The translations under genes and the position numbers were made by a program. Positions 36,412 to 48,630 of a stretch of DNA of 64,000 nt are shown here, piece by piece. The stretch spans positions 1-64,000 of the forward strand of contig JAUCBJ010007819.1 in NCBI GenBank assembly GCA_032718475.1. Direction: 5' to 3'. How positions within the stretch are numbered: position 1 is the first letter of the stretch; each line of letters starts with the position of its first letter. The stretch is from Nemertoderma westbladi. Taxonomy: Eukaryota; Animalia; Xenacoelomorpha. The notes under the pieces were generated by a model. That model did not search any database. It saw only the letters and a list, made by a program, of their open reading frames with translations, and had not been told where the DNA came from.

Positions 36412-38549
36412 GTAGGGCTGCTAAATACAAAACCGCTACTTACCGTTGGATGGCGCTAATCTGCCGTCCGCTAATATATTTTACTAATTTTACACGGCTC
36501 CTGCAAAATCGCTTGTTCCTTTCTCTACCGATCGCTCGGTAGAGAGCTAACTGTTCGAACATATGAGCCACGCGGGAATAACCAAAACAATAAACCCGAA
36601 TCGGCTCCCTAAGCTTACTTGAGACGAGTGTGAGAGGCTTTACACTCAGAGTGTATTCTTATGGCCTAATCTTACTGTTAAAACGCGCTAATAATTACGT
36701 CTTTTTTCTAATCTAATCTAATCGCAAATACCGGGGTTCCCTAATGGAATGTGTGAATGTGAGAATATTTAAATAATCAAAAATGGTACAGTTTTATTTG
36801 GGGCTAATACCTACTTTGGGACTAAACTTGCCTTCGGCTGGCTTTAGGCCAGCAATTTACTAATGCGTTCTGCGTACTGTATACTGCGATCTAACTTATT
36901 GTCCGCTAATTCAAATAACCGCCCAGCGTGAATAGTTCATGGTACTCTAAATTATTACCTTAACTACTCTCCGCTATGCTGCGTACAAATTCTTAATTTT
37001 AGTAATTAATTACAGTCACAAATATGTAACAGCGTACTAATTACTAAGTGTTCCAGAATGCGCAATTCTAATTTATTACACACGGGGTCACACTAGTAAC
37101 AGCCTAAGATACTGTATTATTTTCGACCTAATCAATAATTAATTTCGTAACTAAGAAATAGAAATCAATCAAAGGGAGAAGAGCACCTATCTAAGCATTC
37201 TGCCTAATTTGAGACATGGACCCAAACGTGAGACAAATTCAATATCAACTTCAAGGGGCTCCTATAGCCAAATAATTACAGAAACCTACTTAAAACTAAT
37301 TCGAATAATGATCTGTAACCATTCCTGTACATCGTTAGGTATAATTCAACCGGATTGGATATACTTATAATATTCTAGCGGCCCGTCAAAAATCGAAGCT
37401 TTTTTTCATAAATTTTAAGGTTTTAAAATCGATATGAGATTTTTGCATTCCACTTTGACCTGATTCTCAAAATTATGACATTTTATAGTAAAAAGGCTAT
37501 ATTTTTATATAAAACTATTTTTATGTGGTAAAGATTTCATAGTTTTACATTTGACTACTGTCTTTAATATGGTATCGGTTTCCATGAATTTCCTCTAATT
37601 TGAGACAAGGAAATTATAACCATAACAAGAGACAAATGTAGGCTAGGCCTTTGTATCTAAGTATCTGAAGTATAGAAACCATAGGCCCCCTATACACATA
37701 CAATATAATTGCATCTGACTTCTTTCCGAAAGTCACACTCTTTTCACACAATAGTTAACTAAAGCAAATACCCTTCAGGTTGACTGAATGATTTTATTAA
37801 TGTTTGCCATGTATAATGTACTATATTTGGGTCCCATGACCCACCCCATTGAACAGCTTTGCTTCCATCTGATTGAGAGTAATCCCAAATTAACTTCCCT
37901 CTACGAAAATTATTTTAATTAAATACATACAACATAGCAGTCAACTCTGCAATAACTAATAATAACTAATAACTAATAGTACACAATAACTAAAATGGCA
38001 TTCAGCTTACCAGCTATTCGCATTAAGCTAATAGATATTCGATTTCATTCGATTCAGTGAGTGTGTGAGGGCTATTGGGAGAGCAATCAGCTTATGATGT
38101 AATACATTAGAAGCCCACAGCTTATGTTTGCTTACTGTCTGAGTTGTAGAGTGAGGATAATACTTGGCACAGAAAGCATTTCCTTGTTAGGTGGCCATTC
38201 CTATAGAATAGCATTACGAGGCCATCTCACGGTCCAGTCTTTAAAGACTGGACAGATCTTTTGTCTCAAATAAAGGCTGTAAGAACCTAACAAGATTCTC
38301 CGTAATATTTATGAGGTTATTTCATGTTAGTTATTAAAAAAAATTACAATTGAATTTCTTGTCTCACATTAGGGAATCGATGCCAAATTTGAGACATGCA
38401 ACATTTCTTCAAAAATCAGCAACTGCTAGGCGAAATCAACTTTCGAGACCCGGAAAAATGGATTCTACGCCCCGGGAAACCCCTTATTACATAATTTCTG
38501 AGGAAGTCCAGTGTTTACATTTTTACACAGAACCCAACGAAGTTTAAAA

Positions 38550-39889
38550 CCTGTCTCTTATATGGACCAATGACAACACATCAATCAGCGTAACAATCAA
38601 TAGTTCACAATATAGTGCCGTTTGCTATTCGTAACGTCCGCAACTCACAATCTACAGTTCGCTACGTAGTTTGCGATGCAATCTACAATGCAGTTCGCAA
38701 TGTGAAGTACGAAGGCCTCTCCCGGGTACATCTAGGCTTCCTAACTAACCCAATTCCTGCCCCCCTAATACTACAAAATAGAGACAAAATCTGGATCATC
38801 AGCCCCCAATTACTGTATCAGCGAGCGGTCCCCACTCTACACTGCTAACTGCCCGACCGCAACGGTGACCTTCCCGTCAGCGTTTCCCGCCTTTGAATCC
38901 TCCGCACTCCCTTCGTCGCCAACTCCCTGATGCGCCCACCGCGACTACCGGTAACTTAGCTCTCCATCAGAATGAATAGCTACCGTAGCGGCACATGCAA
39001 ATCACAAAGTCTGACAGTCTAAGAAATCCCGTAGGATTATTGTGTCGAAAGGAATTACATAGAACCATTTACTAAAGGGTAGAAATCATAGTTCCAAGTG
39101 TAATTGACAGTAATCATAGGGATTGATTGAGAAACACAAGCAAGAATCAGCAGAAATTACAAATTAGCGAATCATTGCAAGAAATATCAAAAAAGAGTAG
39201 TACTACACAGCATTAATTATTACAACTAGTAACACACTAAAAACGCTGTAAGCTGTTGTAGTGGGATATTGATACAGCACATACCGGCAAACCGCCAATT
39301 TATAGGTGATTCGAGAGGGATGATGCAATCGCTCTCCCATTGGCTCCCCAATCCGAGCTATCATTAGACCAACCTGGAAGCAGTTAGGCCAATAAGAAAG
39401 CCGGATCGTGAACCTATTGCTCCCGAAACCCACAAATCGTCACCTTATAAGATAATTTTGCCGATGCTTAATTTAGCGGTACTAATAACATGATGCACAA
39501 AGGTTAATTTAGCACAATTATAGAGAAATTTAAAACCAATAGCTAGCCCCATCAAGGCTAATAACAGCAAGCCCACATCCAGGGTCCAGCAGAAACTTGC
39601 TACCCTGGAACTATCTACTTATATCCTATTACAAAATTACATAGGTAGGGCTACATACTATACAAAATGGATGAATACAAATATATGGGCGTTTTATTTT
39701 CCTTATCTAAAATGTCACTGCGCTATTATGTCTTATCTAAATAATTATACTGCATAACGGCTAATATATTATACTGCATAACGGCTAATATATTATACTG
39801 CATAATGGCTAATATATTATACTGTATAACGGCTAATATATGTACAGTGTAACGGACTAGTATATGTATACAGCGCATATACCGTAACA
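38550..39889 (-). repeat. Probable 3' LTR of BEL-3 (left boundary uncertain)
   Basis: Minus strand reads cccttGGAGCGG|TGTTACGG at 39896-39882, the same PPT/LTR junction as BEL-2 (ctGGGAGCGG|TGTAAAAG); contains a 24-bp tandem repeat at about 39747-39840. Confidence 0.55.
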
Positions 39890-40334
39890 CCGCTCCAAGG
39901 GAAATCATGCAATGTTTCCCTCCAATTGTAGAAGAGTATAAGGCGATGTATACAAACAAAATAAATTCTCTTCCAAATAATCTAAATAACTATAATAACT
40001 CTACTATTTACAAATATTGCTATAGATATTGCATAATGAATTGCATACAAATTAAATTTACAAAATATTATCTCTTTCAAATTTAACGATTATTACATAC
40101 AAATTAAATTTACAAATACTGTTTCTCATTCGTTCTACATAATGATTACTACATACAAATTAAATTTACAAAATATATTACTTTCATTTATTTACAAATT
40201 GACGGTCTACCTATTGAAATGGAACATGGCTAGGACAATGTCCCCCATTTCCCATCTCAAATTAACGATCAACATTAACAAGATAAACTAAATCTAAACG
40301 TATTTGAGGCTAAATTTTTAAATAAATTGCATTA

Positions 40335-43300
40335 CTACTACTACTAGGTCGAGCGAACTCGGACAGTGGAAATGAGATCCTTCCAGGCTTCCGGATTCTC
40401 CATAGTTGTCGCAATTTCGTTTCTCCCAAGTTCAGTATCCCTTTCAAGTTGATCTATATATGTTATGGCAGGTCGTCCACGACTACGCTTTCCATGAGTT
40501 GGTTGCCAGAAAAGTAGATCTGGTATGACCTCGTCTTTACTTCGCCAGCAGTGCCCACTGAATCTTAATCTGCGTTCACGGAGGGTGGTTGATACAGGTG
40601 GTATTGTACCATAAAGCTCGGCGTTTGTCATTTGTTGTCTCCAGCTGATGTTTAGGGCTGCCCTTAGTAGTCTTGTGTAGCAACCATCAATTCGTTGTTC
40701 AAGTGATTTAGTCAGTGTCCAGGTCTCACCCCCGTATAAAAATACACTTTCCACTGTGGCTCGAAAGAACTTGGTCTTCAGGTGCCTGGAGAGATCTGAT
40801 TTCCAGATGGTATCCATTTTTGATAGAGCTACCCAAGCCTTTGCTTTCCTAACTTCTATGTCCTTTTTGCTACTCTCTATCCATGATCCAAGGTACTGGA
40901 AGTCATCGACCTGCCTTAGTTGATTATTATCAAGGGTTGTCAAGTTTCCATCAACATTAAAGGTCATGAATTCGGTCTTGGTAGCATTTATATGCAATCC
41001 AACCTCCTTAGCAGCCCTCTCCACTTTATTTAGTAGAAGCTGTGCATCTGCTAGCGTATTAGAGAGCAGGGCGATGTCATCCGCAAAGTCGGTGTCTGTG
41101 ACTGTAGTTGCCGGATATCTACTACTTCTGCGTTCTTGAAGTGTGAATCCCAGATCTTCACCCTTTGTGGCCGTCCTCATTGCGTAATCCAGCACAATTA
41201 CAAATAGTAATGGTGCTAATGTGTCACCTTGCAGTACGCCAGCCAGGATTGAGAAAAACTCAGTTTCACCATCTGGTGAGAGTACCTGCGCTTCTGTGTC
41301 ACAATATAGCAATCCAATGCCAGCAACAATTACTTCTGGTATTCCATAAGCTCTTAGGATTTCAAGCATTTTACCTCTATGGATGGAGTCGAATGCCTTC
41401 TTGAAGTCCACAAAAGTCATGACTGCGGGGAGATTCTTTGACTTAATTCCTTCAATCAGTCTCCGTAGTGCAAGTATCTGAGCTATTGTTGATCTACTTG
41501 GTCGAAATCCGTTTTGGCTCTTACGCAGTAGTTTCTCTATGTGAGGCCTAATCCTATATAGAATCATTTTATTGTATATTTTGGCAGCTACCACAAGCAG
41601 ACAGATCCCACGATAGTTTGTTGGTATGCCGAGGTCTCCTTTCTTGGGGAGAGGCTTTAGTTGACCTTTAGTCCAAATTGGTGGTGGCTTTTCCCCTTTT
41701 AACATCCGGTTGCAAACATTCAATAATGGTCTATTTAGCACTCCGGTTTTCCATACCTCCGCTGGGATTTCATCTAATCCACTCGCTTTATTATTGGACA
41801 TGCTTTTAATGCTTCTTTGGAGTTCGGCAGGTGTGAAGTCCCCTGTTTCTATAGGTAGTGTCTTGTCATATATTTTCCTTGTAGGGCTGACCTCGATGTT
41901 TGGTGGCTGCCCAAGCAAGTTGCTGAAGTGATTTTTCCACTTCCCAACACGTTCTTCAGGACTATCGGCTTTGAGGCACCCCTTTGCACAACTTTTCCGA
42001 CCAGATACCTCATTTACAGTTTGCCAGGTAAGTCTTGATTGTTGCTGTATGTGAGCAGTTGTAATTGCTTCAGTTTTATCCTGTATGTACTTTTCCTGGC
42101 TGATGTTGTAGGCCAATTTAAGATCGTCCTTAGCTTTCTCAACCTTGTTAATGTTTTCGGTTGTTGGTTGTTTGGTTTTAACTTTGTAGGCTATCTTAAG
42201 ATCTTCTCTCTTACAAGTAACCTCAGAGTTTTGCCATGGCACATACTGTTTTCGTTTAGGTTTCTGGGGGATATGCCTCTTAGCTGATTCCTTGTGGGCT
42301 GTTATTATATTCTGGTATATTGAATCGGTGGATTGGTCTTCATCCATTGACTGAAGTGCTTCAAAGCGGTTTTGAACTTCTACTGTATAAGCATCCTTTA
42401 CAGCATTGTCAGTTCTGAGTTTCTCCCAGTCATAGTTGATTTGCTTGCTTGTCCTGGGTTTGCTGGCTCTCAAACTGAGTCTGATCTCTGCAGTCACAAT
42501 TCTGTGGTCCGAACCAATTAGGTTGAACGAGCTGTATGCCTCGCAGTTGATCATGCTATTTCTCCACTTTTTGTTTATAAGGATGTAGTCCAGTTGTGCT
42601 TTGGTTCCATTAGGGTATTGAAAGGTCCATAGCTTACTCTTTTCGAATGTGTTGTTTGTTGGTATCAATTCACATTCTTCCATTAGGTCTAAGAGTAAGT
42701 ACCCATTTCTGTTAGAACTGGTGTTATAGGTGTAACCCTTGATGTCTTCTGGGCCAATTTGCGCATTCAGGTCACCAGCAATGACTTTAACATTGTGTTT
42801 CGGGATGTCCTTAATAAGTCCAGTCAGTTCTTCATAAAACTTGACTGCTTGTTCTGGCTCTGATGCATTGGTTGGACTGTAGCAACATATAACTGTTGTC
42901 TTGGGATTCCCATCAAATGTTGCGATCATAACCCTGGAATTTATAGATTCGATGTTGTTTAGGGTCTTAAGTGCAAATGGGCTTAGCAGAATTCCTACTC
43001 CACCAATTGATGCATTGGCCGAGTTTCTTAATGCTGAGCTTGTTACTAACGTCCATCCATTTCCAATGTCATTGTACTTCATGGCAGTGTCTTCATGACA
43101 AATCCGATGTTCTTGGATGCAGATGATGTCGATGTTATATTCCATTGCCAGAGCGACCATGTCACCCTGTTTGCTCTGTGCTTTCAGCGTGCGTGCGTTC
43201 ATTGTAGCAATCTTTAGTGTCTTTTTACATTTCAACAGGTTGGTTCTTCTTTCTTCTCTGTCTTCTGTTCCAGTAGCCAATTTATCAACCCCAGCCTGGT

Positions 43301-43405
43301 GTACCACTGAGGGACGCGGTCCTTGTTGACCCGGGCGACGACCGAGCCGGTATTTCTCCTGGAGGGTTCTCATACTCCATTTAATCCGGTTCTCATACTC
43401 CATCT
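40335..43405 (-). mobile_element. RTE LINE family B insertion with 10-bp TSD
   Basis: aattgcatta at 40325-40334 and 43406-43415; (TAG)4 tail; essentially no 5' or 3' UTR. Confidence 0.95.
40344..43403 (-). CDS. RTE family B APE-RT ORF (intact, 1019 aa)
   Basis: TMNARTL, CIQEH, CYSPT, GDLNA, LDYIL, GSDH; QNGFR, FVDFKKAFDSI, GVLQGD, DFADD, YLGS. Confidence 0.96.
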   Translation of the reverse strand: MEYENRIKWSMRTLQEKYRLGRRPGQQGPRPSVVHQAGVDKLATGTEDREERRTNLLKCKKTLKIATMNARTLKAQSKQGDMVALAMEYNIDIICIQEHRICHEDTAMKYNDIGNGWTLVTSSALRNSANASIGGVGILLSPFALKTLNNIESINSRVMIATFDGNPKTTVICCYSPTNASEPEQAVKFYEELTGLIKDIPKHNVKVIAGDLNAQIGPEDIKGYTYNTSSNRNGYLLLDLMEECELIPTNNTFEKSKLWTFQYPNGTKAQLDYILINKKWRNSMINCEAYSSFNLIGSDHRIVTAEIRLSLRASKPRTSKQINYDWEKLRTDNAVKDAYTVEVQNRFEALQSMDEDQSTDSIYQNIITAHKESAKRHIPQKPKRKQYVPWQNSEVTCKREDLKIAYKVKTKQPTTENINKVEKAKDDLKLAYNISQEKYIQDKTEAITTAHIQQQSRLTWQTVNEVSGRKSCAKGCLKADSPEERVGKWKNHFSNLLGQPPNIEVSPTRKIYDKTLPIETGDFTPAELQRSIKSMSNNKASGLDEIPAEVWKTGVLNRPLLNVCNRMLKGEKPPPIWTKGQLKPLPKKGDLGIPTNYRGICLLVVAAKIYNKMILYRIRPHIEKLLRKSQNGFRPSRSTIAQILALRRLIEGIKSKNLPAVMTFVDFKKAFDSIHRGKMLEILRAYGIPEVIVAGIGLLYCDTEAQVLSPDGETEFFSILAGVLQGDTLAPLLFVIVLDYAMRTATKGEDLGFTLQERRSSRYPATTVTDTDFADDIALLSNTLADAQLLLNKVERAAKEVGLHINATKTEFMTFNVDGNLTTLDNNQLRQVDDFQYLGSWIESSKKDIEVRKAKAWVALSKMDTIWKSDLSRHLKTKFFRATVESVFLYGGETWTLTKSLEQRIDGCYTRLLRAALNISWRQQMTNAELYGTIPPVSTTLRERRLRFSGHCWRSKDEVIPDLLFWQPTHGKRSRGRPAITYIDQLERDTELGRNEIATTMENPEAWKDLISTVRVRST

Positions 43406-43843
43406 AATTGCATTAAAGGCCGATAATCAAACTAAATATAAAATACGTAATAATTTCTTTCATTTTCGGACTTTACTTAATTTCTTATAATAAAAAAAAA
43501 CGCAAATCATCTTGGTTTGATGATTGCTCAGGTAAGTGAAAGGAGTAAGCCAAACTCGCGGGTTTGTGTCCCCAATCACTTCCTTTGCCTCTTTCAATAA
43601 ACTTTAGAGCAAATAAAGTTATATACACAAAATCAATATAGTATAAAGTATTTACTATTTCCAACGGACTATAATGTAAAAGTATTTCCTTTCAATATTT
43701 TCGGCCTTCGAAAATAAAATTCTAAAATATGGATACGACTTGTGTATATGAGTCCAGTCGAATGATTGATCAAAACCTATGATATACATCAGAGCGACGA
43801 TGATGTATATGTCTAGAGTCTGTCGCTCCGTGATATTATAGTC

Positions 43844-44990
43844 CTATCGGCTAGCTCCTTGGTCTCTCGGGCTTGCTCCTCTCCTTTGTCCCCTCCCCAG
43901 ATACACCAGTCTACCCCCTGTAGACTCTGTTGACGGCGTCCTTGAGGCGTCACTTCCCGGAACCGGCGACGACGTTCCCTGGGCACCGACTATCTCCCGA
44001 CTGGTGCTCCTCCCTCGGCCTCGTCCCATTTGCCGTGTCCCTGTGGGCGCCTCTGCCAACTCCTCCTTCTTCAACTGTAGAATGGAACTGCTCGTCCTTG
44101 GCTTGACGCTTGCCAAGGACTCCTCCTTCTGGCACTTGCCGCGAGCTGTGAGCTCCGGCTGTTGTCGCTGTGGGCGCGGCGGTTCTGATCCTCCACTCGT
44201 TCAGAGGTCAATGACCCCAAACGAGTCTCCTTAGGCCGCCAATTGTGTGCTGGGTAATAAATCTAGATCTATATATCAGAGCACGATGATATATAAAGGA
44301 TTGGACATATTCGGGCTTAATAATGTGTGCGTCGAAACTTCCCGAAATAATTTGGAGTAAAATATCGTATAAATCGCGGATCGTGGGTATAGTTAGTACT
44401 TAGTAGACGGATGGATGGGGCGAATCTCATCTGTATACTCAGGCGTAAGTTTCCTCTCCTGGTGAAGAGAAGTAAACGTGGTCCAGGAACTCGAGCCCCG
44501 TGCCGCTTCGCGCCGTGCCTCTAGGTCCTTATAGGCTCGGTATCGAAATGGCCGCCGCCGTCTCTATCAAAGTGGGTGTCGAACAGGGTTTAATCTCCGT
44601 ATACGGATCTAAATTCGTAACGGTCGGCGTAATGGGTCTTGGAGGCCGCTTTCCGCTGAAGTCGATACTGATCATCGGGTTGCTCATTGGGTAACCTCCC
44701 TCGTTGTATCTAAGGAACTGGTGAGCTTGACATCGCGTTAATATCGGTTCAGGATGTTGCTCGTCCAGTTGGTCGGGAATCGCCATGTCTTGTTTATTCA
44801 TGCATTCACCACATTTGTAGAACAACTTGTATACACTGAAGATCTTTGGCATCTCTTGATCCTTGCCTTGAGTCCTCCGGTACAGATGCATTCCGTCGAA
44901 TTGATCTCGGACGGCAGGTAGCGGTTCATGGTGCCGCAAATACATATATCCCAATAGTCCGTTACGCAAACCAATTACACTGCGGGTAAA
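43844..44990 (-). pseudogene. BEL-3 accessory ORF3 remnant, homologous to BEL-2 ORF3
   Basis: MYLRHHEPLPAVRDQFDGMHLYRRT..KLFYKCGEC aligns with BEL-2 MYLTADRPLPVIPDSFEQMEEYYKT..RLWYYCDEC; a shifted frame gives RRPFRYRA versus RRPYEYRA. Confidence 0.7.
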
Positions 44991-45639
44991 TCAGTTAGAT
45001 GCCGCCGAATGACAGACCTCCCGAACCCCCCCGCCTTCCAGCAGTTTAGGTTCGACTCTCTAGATCCCGTCTCATTCCTAACTATCCTCTAACCTATTCC
45101 CATGCATAGCGCAAAAACTTTGGAGATAAACTGGCCGTGACCAACTCACGTTTTGATGCCCAAACTACTCCCATTACTCGTACTAAACTACAGTAGTTAG
45201 AAAGGACAATAGTCTCAATGCTCGACTATACCAAACCCACAGGTTTGATAATCGAACATCTCACTTCACTGCAAACTACTGAGTGGGGTCGTGTACGCCT
45301 CTGGTGCTACTAACCTTTAGCACCTTAGTTGTACTCTTGGCACCAATCCGTGGAAGTTGCTAAACTCAATTTACACCCCTACATAATATAGCCGTCACCA
45401 TGGTTTCTAAATGCTATTTTCCAGGCTTCACGACTTTTCAAATTACTGTATATCTATAGACGAATTCTAAAACGCGTCTATATACAGCGTGTGGAATTGT
45501 CTTGGGTTCACTTCTAATTTTATAAATTTTCTAATTTTCCAAAAATTTTAAAATAAAATTTTGTTTTTTATACCCCACCAGACAAAACTCAACGCAAATC
45601 ACCGCAAACCCGCTCCTATGCATTTCCTAGTATTTGCAT

Positions 45640-46714
45640 ACGAGGAATGCATACAAAGACTACTCGGACTTTGTCAGGTTTGTCAGGGTGAGTCAAATAG
45701 TGGTGTGGGAGATAGTAAGTCTGGTCCGTCACTAAGTCAGGGTCCTCTACCTTCCCAGCAAATCCCTTGGCGAAATAGTTGTTGATCTGGGCGCAATACT
45801 TCTCCCTAATGTCCGGATTCTTCAACAACCGAGCCCTTACTCCGTTCAATCTTTTCAAGGCTAAGCTGTAGTTGTTCTCCAACTTAGGAGGTTGTCGACG
45901 CCACAACATTCCATCTTCAAAATGTCCAGTCGGTAGCAGACGTATGGTATCTTCCATCATCTCCAGCGACCGTTTCTCATCAGTAGACATGGTTAGGTCA
46001 CATCCACCGGGTTCCATTGCGTCCCTATCCAGCCATTCGACGGTTCTAGCTCCTGTCTCGAGGTCCTGGCGTATCAATTCCTTCTGTAGCTCCTCCTCAC
46101 TGTATTGGAAAATGTCTAGGTCTCGATATTTAGCCACTTGACCCTCCACTATGTCGGTATAAGTCAAAACGTTACTCAGATAAGTAGCGTGGGCCGCTGA
46201 ACCAGACCCATGGGTCTGATAACAGTAGTCCTTGGGTTCACTATCTGTCCGGTCATTGTGAAGTGGTTCCGACAACGTAACATTATCGGGAATCAACTCC
46301 TCATCCAACTCGCTAACGTCACTATAATGGTCAATACCTATATTGTCGCCACCTGTAAACTCATAGGACATGGGTACTCGTGTATACCAACCTAATATAG
46401 TCCTATGGGCTGAACCGCATGTAAATGGACCATTTACATGCGGTTCAGCTGGTCTCGTTTCCCATATTTGGTGTGCGATCAGCTGTTCTGCACCAATTAA
46501 CATAGAAACATTCCTATAACCTACCTGGTGTCTTGGTACTCTGAGTTTGTCAAAATACTCCTGTGCTATGGGACTCATCGGCGGCACCTTACCTAACTGC
46601 CTGCCGAACCCCTTCATAGCTAAACACTTGAATCCATCTAATGGCAACGCTCTCCGTTCTTGTCGAGTATGTTGGTCTCTCGGAAGTAAGGAATCTAATT
46701 CTACCAAAATCTTG
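45640..46714 (-). pseudogene. pol: BEL-3 pol fragment (protease end to RT start)
   Basis: VSMLIG, AHRTILGW, MSTDEKR, GMLWR, NNYSLALKRL, YYLPHH..PDKPDKVRVVF; ends abruptly on both sides. Confidence 0.9.
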
Positions 46715-47542
46715 TTTAGCGTCAAAGGATATCTAAAGAAACACATGGATTCAGTACATAAAGGTATCAAATCAAGTATAATTGCGGTTCTTGTGACAAA
46801 TAATTTAGTGACAAAGGATATCTAAATAAACACATGGAATCAGTACATAAAAGGTATCAAGTATAATTGCGATTCTTGTGACAAACAATTTAGCGTCAAA
46901 GGATATCTAAATAAACACATGTAATCAGTACATAAAGGAATCTAGTCTAATTGCGGTTCTTGTGACAAGCAATTTAGTGACAAAGGATATCTAAATAAAC
47001 ACATGTAATCAGTACATAAAGGAATCTAGTCTAATTGCGGTTCTTGTGACAAGCAATTTAGTGACAAACAGAGTCTGAAGAAGCACATGGAATCAGTACA
47101 TAAAGGAATCTAGTCTACTTGCGGTTCTTGTGACAAACAATTTAGTGACAAACAGAGTCTGAAGAAACACATGGAATTATTACATATAGAAATGAAGTTT
47201 AATTGCGGTTGTTGCGGCCAAACAATTTAGTGACAAAGGATATCTAAAGAAACACATAGAATTAGTACATAAATATATCAAGTATAATTGCGATTCTTGT
47301 AACAAACAATTTAGCGTCAAAGGATATCTAAAGAAACACATGAAATCAGTTCATAAAGGTATCAAATCAATTATAATTGCGGTTCTTGTGACAAATATTT
47401 TAGTGACAAAGGATATCTAAATAAACACATGGAATCAGTACATAAAGGTATCTAGTCTAATTGCGGTTCTTGTGACAAACAATTTAGTGACAAAGGGAAA
47501 ATGAAAACACATATACACTCAGTTCACAAAGATACCAATTAA
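46715..47542 (+). pseudogene. Degenerate, 5'-truncated paralogue of the C2H2 ZNF gene (about 9-10 fingers)
   Basis: Same 87-bp unit (gaatcagtacataaaggtatcaagtataattgcggttcttgtgacaaacaattt) with many stops and indels; same terminal HSVHKDTN* and the same 3' flank. Confidence 0.93.
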
Positions 47543-48630
47543 GGCTCCTGGTGGTGGAATCTTTAAATTACCGACTTCAATTCCGTTTTATCAACAGAAA
47601 TAAACTCCGGTACCGCGTCTGTCGGTCTGTTCATTCCTTTACTTACAAACTATATATGCGTGCACTTTGTTATCTTAAACTGAAAGTATATTATATGATT
47701 ATTTTCACCATGGGTCGTGAAATAGTTATTGACCAATCAGACCACATGCAGATATTTTGCAAAGTCAATTTTCTCGGAATTGTTCATTTTCAATTTATTA
47801 ATCATCCGCTATTTTTCCACAAATTTTTTTAATTTGGCTTATTGGAAGTGGTTTCGACAGTTATTTAAACGTAATCTTATGACATTTGGATAAATATTTA
47901 CATTTCTGTGTAATTTACCTAAATAAAAAGTTATTAAAATAATTAAAATTAAAATGGCAGTAATTTTTGTAGATTTGATGGCGCTGAGTACAAAAAATGT
48001 TTACTTGAAATTTGGATTAAGATTGAGGGTGTAGTAATGTGTTTAATGAATTTTTTATTCCGCCGTCTGCCGCTAAGGGGAGGCCATTAATTTTATTATT
48101 TTTAAAATCTTTGTATTGATACTATTTGGCCTTCCATATGCAGTAGTGAATGACTATGATAAACTCGTTATGTTATCTTCTATCCCAAATTGACAGCCAT
48201 AAAAAAGTTCACGGGGGGTAATACAAAACAATTGTAATTTTAATCTGAGGATAACGAACCTGATTTTATGACCTTATGTGTTGTCTAGGATGCGGATTCA
48301 GAGGGGGGGGGGGATATTTTTGCCAGTCACACAGGGTCGTAATTATTTGAAAGTTGATGTTGAAAGTGAATTTATCGCTACTTTGAATTCACTGTACTTT
48401 ACTTGTTGAATGTCACTCACCCTTCATTTCATAATATTTAGCATTCAGGTTAATATTGTACACAACGGTTCTTTCCGTCTGATTATTCATCATTAGATAT
48501 TGATAAGTGAAAATTAATAATTGCAATCCCTTTTAACATTTATGTTACATAGGCCGGTTACATACAGTAGAGTCGTTATTCAGGTAGGTAGGCCCTACTC
48601 CCCCCCCCCCCCCATGCTGTTCTTCAAATG

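Noticed and set aside
36420-38540. Additional element between RTE-A and the BEL-3 LTR
   Set aside because: Looks repeat-derived, but I found no termini, TSD or coding motif to support a call.
38551-38562. CTGTCTCTTATA, the start of the Nextera/Tn5 mosaic end
   Set aside because: The match stops at 12 of 19 nt; the overlapping AGAGACAGGTT also occurs near the BEL-2 LTR end (about 49228), so chance or an LTR motif is more likely.
45616-46770. 384-aa ORF as a ZNF-pol fusion gene
   Set aside because: The start is the antisense strand of the ZNF pseudogene joined by chance to a pol fragment.
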